A stretch of 64,000 nt of DNA. Source: Lingula anatina (taxonomy: Eukaryota; Animalia; Brachiopoda). The position numbers and the translations under genes were made by a program. The notes under the pieces are model-generated. The model did no database searches. It saw only the letters and a list, made by a program, of their open reading frames with translations, and was not told the DNA's origin. Shown in pieces: positions 26,315 to 41,203 of the stretch. The stretch spans positions 20,482,534 to 20,546,533 of the forward strand of contig CM120644.1 in assembly GCA_051362555.1 (NCBI GenBank), read 5' to 3'. Every line of letters begins with the position of its first letter. Position 1 is the first letter of the stretch.

Positions 26315-27582
26315 ATAGTTGCACTGACCTGTGCTGAGGCTGCGAGGTTGAGATAAGTTCAGTTGTCCTCAGTGTGATGATAATCTAGGAAACACACCTT
26401 CATCTCTACTGAAAACAGATAATACATCAATAAAAATATATATGGAGACACATACAGTAGTTACAACACAGAAATAACACAGATCAAAATATCTTATTAT
26501 ATTATACTGAACACATACAACAACAATAAAGACATCGTGATCAGAATACATACAGACACACTCAATGTCTCGACAGACAATACACAAGCGTCAAGATGTA
26601 TACATGAAATTTTGTCTATATCAAGATTTTTGCTAAGGGAACCATCGCTCCCCCAAATTGGAACAGTTCACACTAACCAGTCACCTCGAACATATTTAAA
26701 ACTGGTTTGGATCTAAGTGACCCATTTACAAATGTTAATTTTTCAGTTACAACATATTGTGATGGTCAAAATGAGATTGAAGAGAATCACCAGTGTAGCA
26801 ATATCATTACTGCACTTACCTTTTTTTGCTGATGATGTAAGGTTGTAGAACTAGATTTGATTACGTATGTGTCTACATATATATTTTTATTGATGAACAA
26901 TACCCCCCTCCCCAACTCCTGACAGCTCACATTAACCCTTGTCACCTTTGAACATATATAAAGCTGAGTGCGATCTAAGTGATCCTTTTCCAAAATGATT
27001 ATTTCTTAGGTACAGCATATAGTGGCAATGGTCACATTGCGATTAAACAGAATCATCAGTATGGCAATATCATAGTTGCACTGACCTGTGCTGAGGCTGC
27101 TAGGTTGAGATCAGTTCAGTTGTCCTCAGTGTGATGATAATCCAGGAAACACACCTTCATCTCTACTGAAAACAGATAATACATCATCAATAAAAATATA
27201 TATGTAGACACATACAGTAGTTACAACACAGACATAACAGTGATCAAAATATATATTATTATATTATAATTAACACATACAGCAACAATAAAGACATACA
27301 CAGTGACCAGAATATATACAGACACATTCAGTGTCTCAAGTGACAATGCACAAGCATCAAGATGTATACATTAAATTTTGTCTATGTTGCGCACAGCCGT
27401 AGGGGTTGAAATTTTTTGGTCAGTGGCACACGCACATTTCACAATAAACAGACAAGCATAACCATTTGCTTTATTCTATTTATTTATTTGTGTGGTGGCC
27501 TAAAAAAGAAAAAGAACATAACAAAATAAGTCACTTTAATATAAAGATACATTAATAAATTTACACTTATAAAGAAATGATT

Positions 27583-30500
27583 CTGTCATTCTTTGCTAGT
27601 GGTTACAAAATGTTGAATTTGACCGAAAATTTCAAACTTTCTCTGGGAAGCTGTAATTTTGCGATGTGATAGCTACACCATCACAGTTTATCATTTCATA
27701 AAAAGGGAAACAGCAGCTGCCCTTTTTAGGGCACACAGGAGAGTTGAACAGCTATACCCAACAAATCCAAGATGCGTTACCCTGGGCATGGACCTAATTA
27801 GAGAAGGACGTGAAACGCGGCATCTTCCTTTGAAGCTATGTGCGTTCGGGTAAACATTCGCCTATTGTCTCACATAATCTGTTTTGATAGCTCCACGGGC
27901 GTCTGAACAGCTTATTATCAAGGTAGCGTGCGCTCTGCTTCAATGCATTTCTATTGTTTCTCTGCATTGATAATGCAATTTCTCGCAGTCCCTCGTGGTT
28001 GCTATGATACAGCATTGCCGCCATCTTGCAGTTGTGAGCACACAGACTTGCACCAACACGTGGAAATTTGTTTCGGGTTTTCAGTATCTTCTGTTGTTAC
28101 CTCATTAAAACGAGCTCTGGCCTTTGTTTATACTTGTTATCGTTCCCAAGATTGTATTGATAGGTATATGTCGAGCTGATATATAACTTGTTTAGAAGCA
28201 TGTTGACTAATAAAGCCAGGTAGGTGCCATCCAAATGCATCTGATAACAAGATAATGCAATGTAGCAAGCCAATTACAGAGGTAAGACTTTAATCACAAC
28301 CATTACCCAAGTAAATATAATCATGAAGTTTGCATGTGTACATGTCCACATTTATACTTTAATTAAAAGACCAGTGAGGGTGCTTGTCCATCGTCTCTAC
28401 GTTGTGTAGGGACTCCAATTTAAAAATGAAAAATCATTAATTATCATTCTCAAACTGGAGCAGACCATCGCCGGTAATGTGTAAATGTATATATACTTCA
28501 GACCAGTGTCAATGTCAACTTTGATAAAAGAATATTAAAAGGCCCACAGGTGCGTTTTTGTGCGTAACGAATGTGTTTGTGGTGCCGTATTGCAATGAGA
28601 GCCCATATTGAAAGTTAAAAAAAAATAATAATTATCATTCTCAGACTGGAGCAGATCGTAGCCGGTAATGTGTAAATATATATATACTTCAGACCAGTGT
28701 TAATGTCAACTTTGATAAAAGAATATTAAAAGGCCCACAGGTGCGTTTTTGTGCGTAACGAATGTGTGTGTGGTGCTGTATTGCAATGAGAGCCCATATT
28801 GAACGTTAAAAAATAATAATTATCATTCTCAGACTGGAGCAGACTATAGCCGGTAATGTGTAAAATTATATATACTTTAGAGCAGTGTTAATGTCAACAT
28901 TGATAAAAGAATATTAAAAGGCCCCCAGGTGCGTTTTTGTGCGTCAAGAATGCGTGTGTGTTGCCCTATTGCAACGAAAGCCCATATTGAAAGCTAAAAA
29001 TATTAATTATCATTATATAATTCGGGCTCACATGAGCAAGTAACATAAACCTATACATATAGTACACAGCAGTGTAAATGCCACTTTTATCTAAACGGTA
29101 CGTAAAAAATACCAGACCCAAAACGATGTCAGCGAGTTGAATAAATCGGAGAGGAATTGCGTCATTTTAATTCAAGACACGATTGAAGGTTTCATTATTG
29201 CCGCGTCTCGGGCTAATTTCTCACATAGAGAGAAAAGTTTGACACTAGAAATATTTTCCAATCGGATCATAGCTGAAAACAAGCATACTACACTACAGTT
29301 GTACAATTTTGAATGCTCATTTTACAGCAACAAACAAGATTGCCTTTACCACATAGGGCATTTTGAATTCCTCCGTGAACAAACATATCAAATTCTCACA
29401 TAGTTTCCAAAATGACAGAACAAATTGTACTTATACTTAATCTTTATAAGTTTATTGTCCCATTCACCCGAAGGATTGACTCACGTTATTGCGAACTACC
29501 TGCCCAAATGACACAAAAAGTCATCGACAACTGCGATATGCTCGCTACCTGTACGGGAGGTCACGTGATCCGAATGCACATGGTTTTGCGAAGAGCTCAC
29601 TTTAAGCCGATTATCCTTTGATCTAGCTCAGCGTTTCATGTCCTTCTGCTTATTATGTCCATGCCCTGGGTAATATATTTTGCACAAACTATTGAAAGTC
29701 TAATGGAATGTTTTCAGTTTTAGTTTAAATCATAAGGGGGTGTTGTCTCAATGCTTCAAGACTGGTTTTGAAGAATTTAATCCACATTTCATAATTAATA
29801 AAAATGGTGAATATGTGGGTCACGGTAACATTATTGACGCGGGTACAAAAACTTTTTATAATCATGTAAATAATAACAATATTTTTGCTTTTATCCATAC
29901 ACACTTCAATCATGAGGGGCACACCACTTTCACATGCTTTTAAAATGGAATTGACAAACACAGAGGAATAATGTACATATTTTATTTACTGTAACTCTGT
30001 CACATGGGACACACACTGAACAAAGTTGATCTAAAGAATGTTCCAGATTGTAGTTTTTTATCAGAATTATTATTTTTTATTATTATTTTAACACAATAAA
30101 GTTCAGTTAAATACAAAATTTAACAAAATGAAGTTCAGTGTAACACAAAGTTCATAATTATAACATTCTTCCTGACATATGTGGACCAATGGTGATATCT
30201 GTTCTGTGCTCACTAAGGCATCCACTCTTGGGATTCTGAAAAAAAAAATCACACAAAGAATCTGTTAACTCTGATAACGAACAATGGATAACCTAAGATC
30301 ACAAATAGTTTATTGCTTATTCAAACAAAGTACAGTGCATTATGAGTGGCAAACATGCATTACTGAGACACATTTTCTTCACCCATTTTCGGTGCTTCAT
30401 TGCGTGACGTAATTAAGTGTTGCGAGTAATCCATTATTGCTGTTTTTACAGACGGTTAAATTTTAAATGCACGGAATACAGTGTAGCAGCTTAATTTAAG

Positions 30501-31443
30501 ACAAAACTAAAAAAAGTAATTCAAATATGTTGAAACAATTGAAGAAAAATGAAACGGAACTCATTTTTTCTCACCTTCATACAAAGAAGATCCCTATAAA
30601 CAATCCTGTGGCGGTTAAATCGAGGGAATTACACCTGTGCCCTGCATCCTATCTCGACAGTGTCACTGCACGACATGTTATCAGAATGGGACACGCGCCA
30701 GTTTGAGCTGGTTTTTCAGTGTGCAAAAGAAGCCATTCGTGTGTAAGACGTCATCAGTTAGTGAGTATGGAAGAAGATCGCTATCGATGTATAATTTTCA
30801 CGCGGCATTTTAAAGTCGTCTGATAAAAATCAATCTCTGAAGTTTCAGCATTGCGAACGTTATATTGGGACGCGGTGAAGAAAAATCGACCTTGCTGAGC
30901 AATAAATGTGAAATTCTTAAGAAAACTGATATTATCATGGACTTCGTGACACAAACTAATTAACCGACATACTACTTTGGACGATTGAACAGTTTTAATA
31001 CGGAAAGATAGGATTAGATGAAATTTTCATCGGGGTGGGACACCGCATGTATCGTAAGTTACGCTAATTTTGTGATCATTTTTCAGTGACTTCAAATAAA
31101 TTTTTATTTAAATAACAATTTGCACATTCTGTTTATTATATCTTCTTGCAGTAGATGTATTTCCTGCTTCAATAATCCATTCAAACCCTAAACAAACTGT
31201 TCTGAAATAGAGGTAGGGTCGAAATTCCACAAAAATGGACGCCATTTTGAGGGTAATTTCGATATATTTTCTGCTTTTTCTCTTATTTTGCTTTTATAAC
31301 AGCATCCTCCTTGCTCATGCAGCTTCTTTGATTTGTTATTGAAACATACACAACGATGTCATGAGAATTTGGTTGGCTATCTAAATTTAAATAACATTCT
31401 TGTTATGGCCCCCCTGCAGTGCACCACTAGCAAAGAATGACTG
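27583..31443. mobile_element. 3.9-kb TIR DNA element with 4-bp TSD (Academ- or Sola-like, unclassified)
   Basis: TIR c(t/a)gtcattctttgctagtggt at both ends, TSD GATT. Confidence 0.72.
28436..29013 (+). repeat. ~188-bp tandem repeat x3 inside the TIR element
   Basis: aattatcattctca recurs at about 28439, 28631 and 28817, with a partial fourth start near 29005. Confidence 0.9.
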
Positions 31444-34400
31444 GATTACATAGATAATTACATTACTTAAGTTGTACATTATAAAGAAAAAAATATGTAA
31501 CTTACTCAATATTGACCCATCCCCAAGCTATACACAAATTCAAGGACATATGCCCGATACGCCCTTATTCAACTAAGATAGACTGTCCAAAGAAATACGC
31601 TGCATACAGTATAAGTAGTAAAGTGGAGTGAATAGTTCTCAAAAGACTGGCCAATGGAGAGCCCATGCTCTCCATCACATGATCATTGGACAACTAGTAA
31701 AGCAAAAGCATGTGATACAAACTTACGCAATGCTGCGTGCGTAACAGTCTATATCAAGATATTTGCTAAGGGAACCCTCGCTCCCCCAACTCTGAACAGT
31801 TCACATTAACCCATGTCACCTTGAACATATTTAAAACTGGTTTAGATCTAAGTAACCCATTTACAAATGTTAATTTCTCAGTTACAACATATAGTGATGG
31901 TCAAAATGGGATTGAAGAGAATCACCAGTGTAGCAATATCATTGTTGCACTGACCTTTTTTGCTGATGATGTAAGGTTGTAGAACTAGATTTGATTAAAG
32001 CGTTAATAAAGACAGTGACCAGAATATATACAGACACATTCAATGTCATCACAGACAATGCACAGGCATCAGAATGTATACATAAAATTTTGGCTATATC
32101 AAGATTTTTGCTGAGCAAACCCCCCCTCTCCCCAACGCCTGACAGCTCACATTAACCCTTGTCACCTTGAACATATATAAAACTGAGTGGGATCTAAGTG
32201 ATCCTTTTCCAAAATGATAATTTCTTAGGTACAACATATAGTGGCAATGGTCACAATGCGATTGAACAGAATCATCAGTATGGCAATATCATAGTTGCAC
32301 TGACCTGTGCTGAGGCTGCTAGGTGGAGATCAGTTCAGTTGTCCTCAGTGTGATGATAATCCAGGAAACACACCTTCATCTCTACTGAAAACAGATAATA
32401 CATTATCAATAAAAATATATATGTAGACACATACAGTAGTTACAACACAGACATAACACAGTGATCAAAATATATATTATTATATTATAATTAACACATA
32501 CAGCAACAATAAAGACATACACAGTGATGAGAATACATACAGACACATTCAATGTCTCGACAGACAATGCACAAAACATCAAGATATATACATGGAATTT
32601 TGTCTATATCAAAATTTTTGCTGAGCGAACCCCCCCCTCCCCCAACTCCTGACAGTTCACATTAACCCTTGTTACCTTGAACATATATAAAACTGAGTGG
32701 GATCTAAGTGATCCTTTTCCAAAATGATAATTTCTTAGGTACAGCATATAGTGGCAATGGTCACATTGCGATTGAACAGAATCATCGGTATGGCAATATC
32801 ATAGTTGCACTGACCTGTGCTGAGGGTGCTAGGTTGAGATCAGTTCAGTTGTCCTCAGTGTGATGATAATCCAGGAAACACACCTTCATCTCTACTGAAA
32901 ACAGATAATACATCATCAATAAAAATATATATGCAGACACATACAGTAGTTACAACACAGACATAACACAGTGATCAAAATATATATTATTATATTATAA
33001 TAAACACATACAGCAACAATAAAGACATAGACAGTGACCAGAATATATACAGACACATTCAATGTCATCACAGACAATGCACAGGCAACAGAATGTATAC
33101 ATAAAATTTTGGCTATATCAAGATTTTTGCGAAGCAAACCCTCCCCCCAACTCGTGACATTTCACATTAACCCTTGTCACCTTGAACATATATAAAACTG
33201 AGTGGGATCTAAGTGATCCTTTTCCAAAATCATAATTTCTTAGGTACAGCATATAGTGGCAAAGGTCACATTGCAATTGAACAGAATCATCACTATGGCA
33301 ATATCATAGTTGCACTGACCTGTGCTGAGGCTGCTAGGTTGAGATCAGTTCAGTTGTCCTCAGTGTGATGATAATCCAGGAAACACACCTTCATTTCTAC
33401 TGAAAACAGATAATACATCATCAATAAAAAATATATTTATAGACACATACAGTGGTTATAACACAGAAATTACAGTGACCAAAATATATTAATAATATAT
33501 ATATAAAAACATACAGCGACAATAGACATATATAGACAGTGATTAGAATACATACAGACACATTCAAAGTCAGAACACACAATGCACAGGCATCGGAATG
33601 TATGCATGAAAATTTGTCTATAACAAAATTTTTGCTAAGCGAATCCTTGACCCCCCCTCCCCCCAACTCCAAACAGTTCACATTAACCCTTGTCACGTAC
33701 CTTGAAAATATATAAAACCGAATGGGACCTAAGTGAACCTTATCTAAAATGATGATTTCTCAGGTCCTAGTATTTAGTTTGTGTATATTTTTCCGTCTAC
33801 CATATGAAGATTAGATGCAATTATAACGACAGAAAATACAACAGAGAGAGTGTGATAATGATAGGGTCGCTAAATGATTTTGACGGAATATAGTGACTAG
33901 CCTAATTCCCTGCTCGCCTGGGTAGGCACGCCTCCTTAGAGTACTTATGTAAACAAAAGGTCTTCTGTAGAGAACTATCCTTTTGTTCAACAGCTTCACG
34001 CGTGCAGCGGATTATGTATATAGTGACACTATACAGCTAACTGCAATTAAATCTGTGAAAGCTGCTATTTGATTCATTCTGCTATGTCGGACGTTGTGGA
34101 CCAGCCCAATGGTTCATTCACTCTTTCTTTTCTGAAGATTGGTGATGCAGATTTTGAGTGCTTAATTATTTACCCTCCTTCTAACAAGAGAAAGGAAAAG
34201 GGAGAGAAACAGAGAGAGTGTCAAATAAAATGGGTAAAATGAGTAATACAATACATTAATTAAAGGGACTCGCAGTGGAAGAAACGATAGACTGTTTTGC
34301 ATCAAGGTGATCGCCCATAACAGTAGGGATTATACTTTAAATACAGACTCATTGTTGCATGACTTATATTTGTACCGACTTATATTTTACACGCGTTCAT

Positions 34401-37400
34401 TTCTTGGAACTAGTTCCTTGAATGAAATTTTGCCTGTATAAATTTATTTTGTTACATCAAGTAATTAATAGAGGCAAGTTGTTCAGAAAAACATTGCCGC
34501 TGTTCGTCGCCGCTACCTTCGGCATTTTTTGTTATCTGACAAATTAGGGCAGATGTCAGATTCATAGCCATAACGTTGACGAAAAAATGTGTTGCTAGAT
34601 CTTGTAAACACTCAGCGAAATGCACCTAGTGACTATATTCAATATGCCATCACTTGATTGCTTTCTCGGTTTCAAGAATTGACGATAGTTATTGCTATAA
34701 AAAAGGAGGAAATGTGTAGACAAAACAACGTCGGGTCTTTGTGTGACTTTCTCCCTAACCACTTTCTATGTTGCTGTCAAAGAAAAAAAGAACCGAGATA
34801 GCGATCATTTAAACCGCCGCCGCTGCTTTTACAGATAGACTTCCTCGTTTATCATTTAAATGCCCCCCTCCCCCAGCAGACCCAACTTGAGGAATGTCAT
34901 AGTAGCTACAGTACACTGTATATCAAACCTTGGTCCAAGTTATGAACGGTTTAAGCACAAAACGATTATTTGAGGGTATTTTTTTCATTCAAGACAAAAT
35001 TCAGTATCTATGATGTGTGACGATAGGGACTTTACAAAGTTTAACGTGTACTTATAAATATATTCCAGTAACATATGGAATTAATCTAGCGACATAAGTG
35101 TTCCTCAACCCAAGGTATCCCCGATAATGGTATGAACACTGAAAAGCGGAGAACAATAATTAACTTTTTTAAATATCGATAATAACATGCTGTAAAAGGG
35201 TTAATGGACTTCTTTGCCTTAAAAACAAATTAAAAGAAGCAGTTTTTTTTTTCGGGGGGGGGGGGGGGGGTAGGAGGGGGGAGACATAGTTAACGTCAGG
35301 TGATTAGTTAAAGCCGAGGAAATCATATGTCATAAAAACACTATAATAAAGTTTTTTGTTATGATCTGCAACATTTGTTCATTTATATAGCATGGCGAAG
35401 TTAACACCAGAGGTAAATAGTAACTCATACCAAGGAGTTATAACTCCTTGCTCATACCGTAATCCTTCTTGTCCATTTATTTCAATCGTATCAAGAAGTT
35501 TGATACACAATGTTCATTAATTTTGGCGATTTATTGAAACTATATTTGTGCAAAGTAGGTTAGCATAAGTTAAGCAACAACTAGTATGAATAACAACTCC
35601 CTTTTTAAGTGAGGCAAGACACCCTCTTCACACTGATTATAACCTTGATAAAGACATTATACAACTAGGCAAAGGCATTATGTAAAGTTCTTTCAACTCG
35701 AGTATGAAAACAACACATTCTTTGTCACTTTTACAAGACAATTAATGGAGGCGAGCAAGTGGAGTAATTACAATATACACGGTACAATCAAAAGGAAATT
35801 AGTTTAGAAAGCTTACTTTGGGTCAGCCCTTTGCTTGTTCGAAGGAAAGAGATATGATATCGCGACGCGACTCCTTTTATTAAGCCTTCGTTTGTTCTTG
35901 TAAACGTGTGAAAGACAGGCAACGGTCTTGAATCGCTGTTGATATTGTTTGCAATTAATATTGAAGTATACCCCTTTTGCCTACATGTAAACGTGTTACT
36001 TTTCCTCATGCTAACTGTATTTCTTTTAGGTGGATCAGACAAGGCGTTGAGATCGATAAAAGTTGATCGAAACAATTAGGTGCGATTTTTGTGAAATGAC
36101 TTAAGTGATGTGCATGAACCTAGCATGTTTAAATTCTTGAATTTTTAATTTGTAAAATCTTTCATACACAGCCTCATATTTATATTACTCTCAGGCTATA
36201 CTCTTCAATGTTATTGTATTACACGGGACTATTGGAAACCTGAAGCACAGAGCATTGTGAAAGTTAATTCGTTACTGAGTCTTTTTATCCTTCATGCAGT
36301 TTTATTGCTGGGATGAACACTGATCGGCTTTATTTAGCTTTATTGAATTTTCGACAATTTAAACAAAACCAGTCTGCAAGGCTTGCTTTGATTTGGTGTT
36401 AACCTGACACTGGTTTTAAAAGAACAAATATAAATATGTTGGATGGATTACATCACCGACATCGCTATATTTTAACTAAATGTGGTCATTTACACAGTAA
36501 CGCAGATGATATTTAAAAGTTGTCTGTCGTTCAGCATGCATTACAGGAGAGTAGCCAAACAGTGACGACGATCAATCCAAACACAATCTAGGCAAGTATT
36601 GTTTACAAAATAGATCATGATGAATTAACTTACGCTTTAATAAATAATCAGCACACGGTTTGGTTACTGTCACTTAAAAGCTTTCGATCAAAGACGTTCA
36701 ATGAAATCACAAATCATTTTGACGATTAAAAAATGGACAGGTTCAAGGGGCAGTTTTTGTTTTAGCTAGGGGACTTAAGGTAGAAGGTTCAGTGTAGGTG
36801 TTTCCTCGGATGATAGCAGCATCACGCCCTAGGTCTAAGCAAGTTGAATAGAAGCTTTTTGTCCAAGCATCCTATTCCTAACTACTGAGTTAGGACAAAG
36901 GTCTAGATACATGTACTGTGCAATTACAATTAAGAGATCAGTTGCATACTTGATTGTTTTTCCCAAGGTATCGCATGTATGCATTCTTACTTGAGTGATC
37001 TAAAACAAGTCGCTAGTGCACCCTGTTTGTAACTGTAGCAAAATATGTTCGACATGACATTTCTGCACGGCAGCTGGAGACACAGTAATTGTATAGGCAT
37101 GGTTAAAGGATATTAGACACATAACAATCCATTTCTCAAATTTTGAAGATTCAGCACTCAATCTATACACTATAGATGTGTTTTAATCGATCCCCGCCAT
37201 TTAAAAAGTATAAAAACAATCTATTAGTAGAAAAAAAGCATTTTAGTAAACCTCACTTCAATATGCATAAATGAAGCAACAGATCTGGATCACGTGGTAC
37301 TGTGACGACAATGAGGATAACGGTCTTTGAGACTCAACTGAGCTGCATGGTGCATATAGACAGAGAAGTTTAGGAAAGTTGTGTTGAAGGGAGTTGAGCA

Positions 37401-39530
37401 ATTTTCGTTATGCCTCAGTGTATTGCCATGGGATTCACCAAAATTACAGCACTCGTTGACAATCTTCTTTCTTTGTCTGTGACGGTCTTCCGTGACTTAT
37501 TTACTAACTTTGGTGATAATAGATGTGATGCTCCAGATCATGGTCACCTCAAGTTGTTTAGATCATATTGAAAGCTGATAGTCTTTCAAATTAACTGTCA
37601 TCAGTTAACAAGCTTACTAATTGCTGATGCATTCTAAATGCACTGTGGTTGACCAATTGCTCGTTAACAATAAAACCTGTTAATTATGCACCGCTGCACT
37701 TCCCAAGCCAGGTAATGACAGGTATCCATCTCGTCAGATTCTTGGTGGGCTTTAACATTTTTAAATATATCTCTTTTATTTCATGGGGTAACTTTATTGG
37801 TATTTTTAAATGACGTTAAATATCGATATTTAACAATTGAGTTCAAACACGGTTGCGAACATTAATAAAAGTGATTGCTCTCAGGGTATCTTGAAACATG
37901 CGTATGCCCAGGCATTACTTCTGTGGAAGAAAACGTGGTTGAGGAATAACTGGAAGAAGAGCGGTAATATTAAAGAAAAAATGGGAACTGCTGTAATCTA
38001 ATGGTTATTTCAACTGAAATATTAAATAATTTAAAAGATTTATCATTCTATAATGCAAGTTCTGCGTCTGTACGCAAAACTTTTTGCAAATTTGTAAGTT
38101 TTGTCAAACCCAAAACATGTAGCAGACCAAGGTAAAAAAAGCATTGTTTGCTATTAGTAGCATGTTAAAAAAGGATTACTTTAATGTGTTCACTAAATGT
38201 GCAGTTTTGATACGTACGTTAGTATATTTTAAATTATGCATGGAGATTTAACCTGGTAAGGGGTATAAGAAAGGCACATACTGATTTTTTAAAAAGAATG
38301 TTGGGTGTAAAAAAGAGCAAAATGTAGACTAATGCAACAGCATTATCACAGCAAATGTACCACATACAGTAGCTTAATTTCTATTAATAATAAAATCATC
38401 ATTTAAGTCAAAAATGTTCTCGCGATTTAATAAAGTTTCAATATTCTTATTTACCCTGAATGGTATATTTATTTAAAAGGAGGCTAACTGAAACATAAAC
38501 TTAAGTTTTATTATTTGTTTGTGAAAACTGCCCATGTCGCCCTGTTAGTTTGGAGGTCTAAGCTTGATCAAATCCGTGTTAAAATTTCTATGAAGCTTTG
38601 CAGGAAAAATTCTTCCTTTGTTTCTCTAGCTCCTTTATAAACCTGGTGTCCAGATTTTATCTAGTGCCCCCAGATCTGTGGGAGCTGCTCTTTGAAAATA
38701 ACGCACAGGTAGAGTTTTTACCTGAGACAAATATCGCCAGCGAGAGTGCGTTCGATACTCTCAAGACAAAGGCTACAGGCTGACTACAATTGATACAGAA
38801 GGTTTGTACATACAGGTGACTACAACTCGCAGAGGATTTTCGATTATATTCCGTGAAAAATAAACTAAATCTATATAAAATAATATCATGGTTGGCAAAA
38901 AAAAAAAGAAAAAAAAAAAAACTGCGCACAGTGCACACGTCCGTATGCCTACTGTAGTTACGCCCATGCATAATCTAACTATAGAAACTGGAAGGTAAAC
39001 AAACAAATAAAAATTAAGAGCCTGTAAACTATGTATTTTAGATGACATTGAGGATGAATTACATTTTATTCCTTTAAGAACTAAAAATGTTTTTTCTATA
39101 GAACGATTGGGAAGAAATACATCAAAAATTTATTAAACAAAGCACAGTGGTTTCAAGCTACTTAAATTGTTATCCATTAACTATGTTTCACAATTAAACA
39201 ACTTGTGAAAGTACTTAAAATGTGCATCGGAGCTAAGATTAACGTCAGCCTGATGAGTTTTTATCATTACTACTAGCAGCTGTATTGATGTTGTTTTCAT
39301 GACTGTATATTTTTATTGCATTTCATTCTGATGAGCCATAGGGCGCAACGGTTTAATAAAATGAATTTCACAAATAACGTGGACCTCATATGGAATGATC
39401 AACAGTACTCTCAAGTCATTGGAATGCAGTGTTTTATACAACTTGGGATAACCATAATTAAATGCTAGTTAAAGAATTGAATAGACGGAAAATGGCTTTA
39501 TAGCTTCACGAGAATTTAGTCCCCTCGGGT

Positions 39531-39792
39531 CCCCCTAGCAGCGCGTTCCAAAAATGCAAATTAAAACTGCCAGGGGGACTGCCAAGCAGACTGCCAGGGC
39601 AGTCCCCCTGGCAGCACGTTCCAAAAATGCAAATTAAGACTGCCAAGGGGACTCCCTCCATACTTAAGGATACCTGCAAAGGAGACTGCTGTAGGAGCGG
39701 GGACTGCTAGGGAGACTGTAAAGCAGGCTCCATAGGGGGACTGTAAAGGAAACTGCAAGCAGACTGCATAAGGGACTGCTTTTCTAGCTGGG
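39531..39792 (-). mobile_element. One end of an EnSpm-like element (CCCAGCTAGAAAA terminus)
   Basis: ttttctagctggg ends at 39792, preceded by subterminal g(g/a)gactgc repeats. Confidence 0.6.
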
Positions 39793-40217
39793 TATACACA
39801 GCTTCACAAGGATATAGTCCCCTCGGGTAGGAGATTTGAATGAGTATGAACTTTTATCAGGAGCCGGAAAAGTCATCTTACTGGTAGACAATGCAGCTCA
39901 GTTTGACAGCTAAACACGCTGCTTGTCTCTCTCTATCCTCCGGTGGCATGATTGTCGTCATCGGGCCACTTGACCATGTAGCTCATTAACTCGCAGGCTA
40001 AGCTAAAAGGACGTTTTTTAAAGTCAAAAATTTACAAAATGAACTTTTAATTTGTGTATTTGGTGACAAATATTGTTAGTTGGGCATGTTATCTGAAGAA
40101 TATGCTCCGTTCAGGTCATTCTGACTGTCTGGCGGAAAACCTTTAAGCTCGTTCAAGAGAGTAACAGTTGCGTTTAACAGTAGATAGCAAGCTATAGTAA
40201 GACCCCCTCCTCTTTAA

Positions 40218-41203
40218 GGCCACACTTTTTTATTTTTATGGATGACATCCTGCGCGCGCACCGATTTTCGCCCGTTCTCCGAAAAAAAAAAAAATCCCCC
40301 CCCCAGCCCCCAACGAAGTCGGTTGTTGCAAACGTCGTTATTGAATTTGCCAGGAAATGAGCTTTCTGCGCATGCGTATTATCGCCACATGGAAATGTGG
40401 CCGCTTTGCCATCAAATTCATCTCTAGGATTACTTTCAAATTACACGACAATTAAAGTCATAAAGAGAACGGGGGCCGTTGTTTTGGATTGGTATGCCAT
40501 TGATATTGGGCATGGAGATATCACCTTTTTACAATTGTGCGAAAGGCTGGCGGCCGCCAGCGATTATCGCCCGAAAAATTTCAGTGACATTCTGTACAAA
40601 GCAGCACATAGGCTACCAGGTTTTCTGTAGCGAAAAAAGGGTCGACAAGGACGTTGAGGTAGGCCTATTTGGTGGGCTGAAGGTCGGACAGGCCACCTGA
40701 CGGTTTGGCCGTGTGAGTCGAAGTAGCCAAAATGGCATCGTCCGAAATGACCTTTAATAGATTTGGTAGTATTAAGCATATCTTTGCATCATTTTTTAAA
40801 CATTTCTGTGAAGTGTTCAAAATGCTTTAATATTCTGAGAATACAAATAAAGACACACTGTTTGTTTGATATTTGTTTTATTGATTGCTATACCAACAAA
40901 ATGCATGAAATAACCTTAATAGATTTTGTAATAAGAAGTATATCTATTCATGACTTTTTTTTTACATTTCTACGAAGTATTCACAATGCTTTACTATTTT
41001 GAGAGCATGGATAATCATAAAGACATATTGTTAGTTTGATACGTATTTCTGTGGTAAAATTTGTGTTTCAAGCTGTGTACTGACAGCATTCCTTTACCTA
41101 AGCAGTATTTTTATTTTTGGACTGTTTTTTTTTTTTTTCGCCCTCTCGCACCAATTTTGGGGTACCCAGAGGATGTCATCCATAAAAATAAAAAAGTGTG
41201 GCC
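40218..41203 (+). mobile_element. Family-B PIF/Harbinger-like element, copy 2
   Basis: Same TIRs with TSD TAA; inverted relative to 11991-12965. Confidence 0.9.

Larger units (their letters stand above)
27385..31746. mobile_element. ~500-bp TG...CA element (probable solo LTR) with 5-bp TSD, expanded by a nested insertion
   Basis: Ends tgttgcgcac / gtgcgtaaca with TSD GTCTA; the empty site ttttgtctatatcaag is in the satellite. About 500 bp remain once 27583-31443 is removed. Confidence 0.75.
24228..33766 (+). repeat. Complex ~500-bp satellite, block A
   Basis: Repeating unit (e.g. 32181-32690, 510 bp) with anchors gatctaagtga, gttgcactgacc, ctactgaaaacagat and a C-tract. Two unit variants occur. 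Confidence 0.93.

Noticed and set aside
32345-32412. Box C/D snoRNA-like motifs (TGATGA...CTGA) in the satellite unit
   Set aside because: Plus-strand spacing is too short (about 30 nt). The minus strand lacks clear C'/D' boxes and a terminal stem, and box C varies among units.
37103-37130. Kolobok-like terminus (ttaa-aggatattagac)
   Set aside because: No matching opposite end found.
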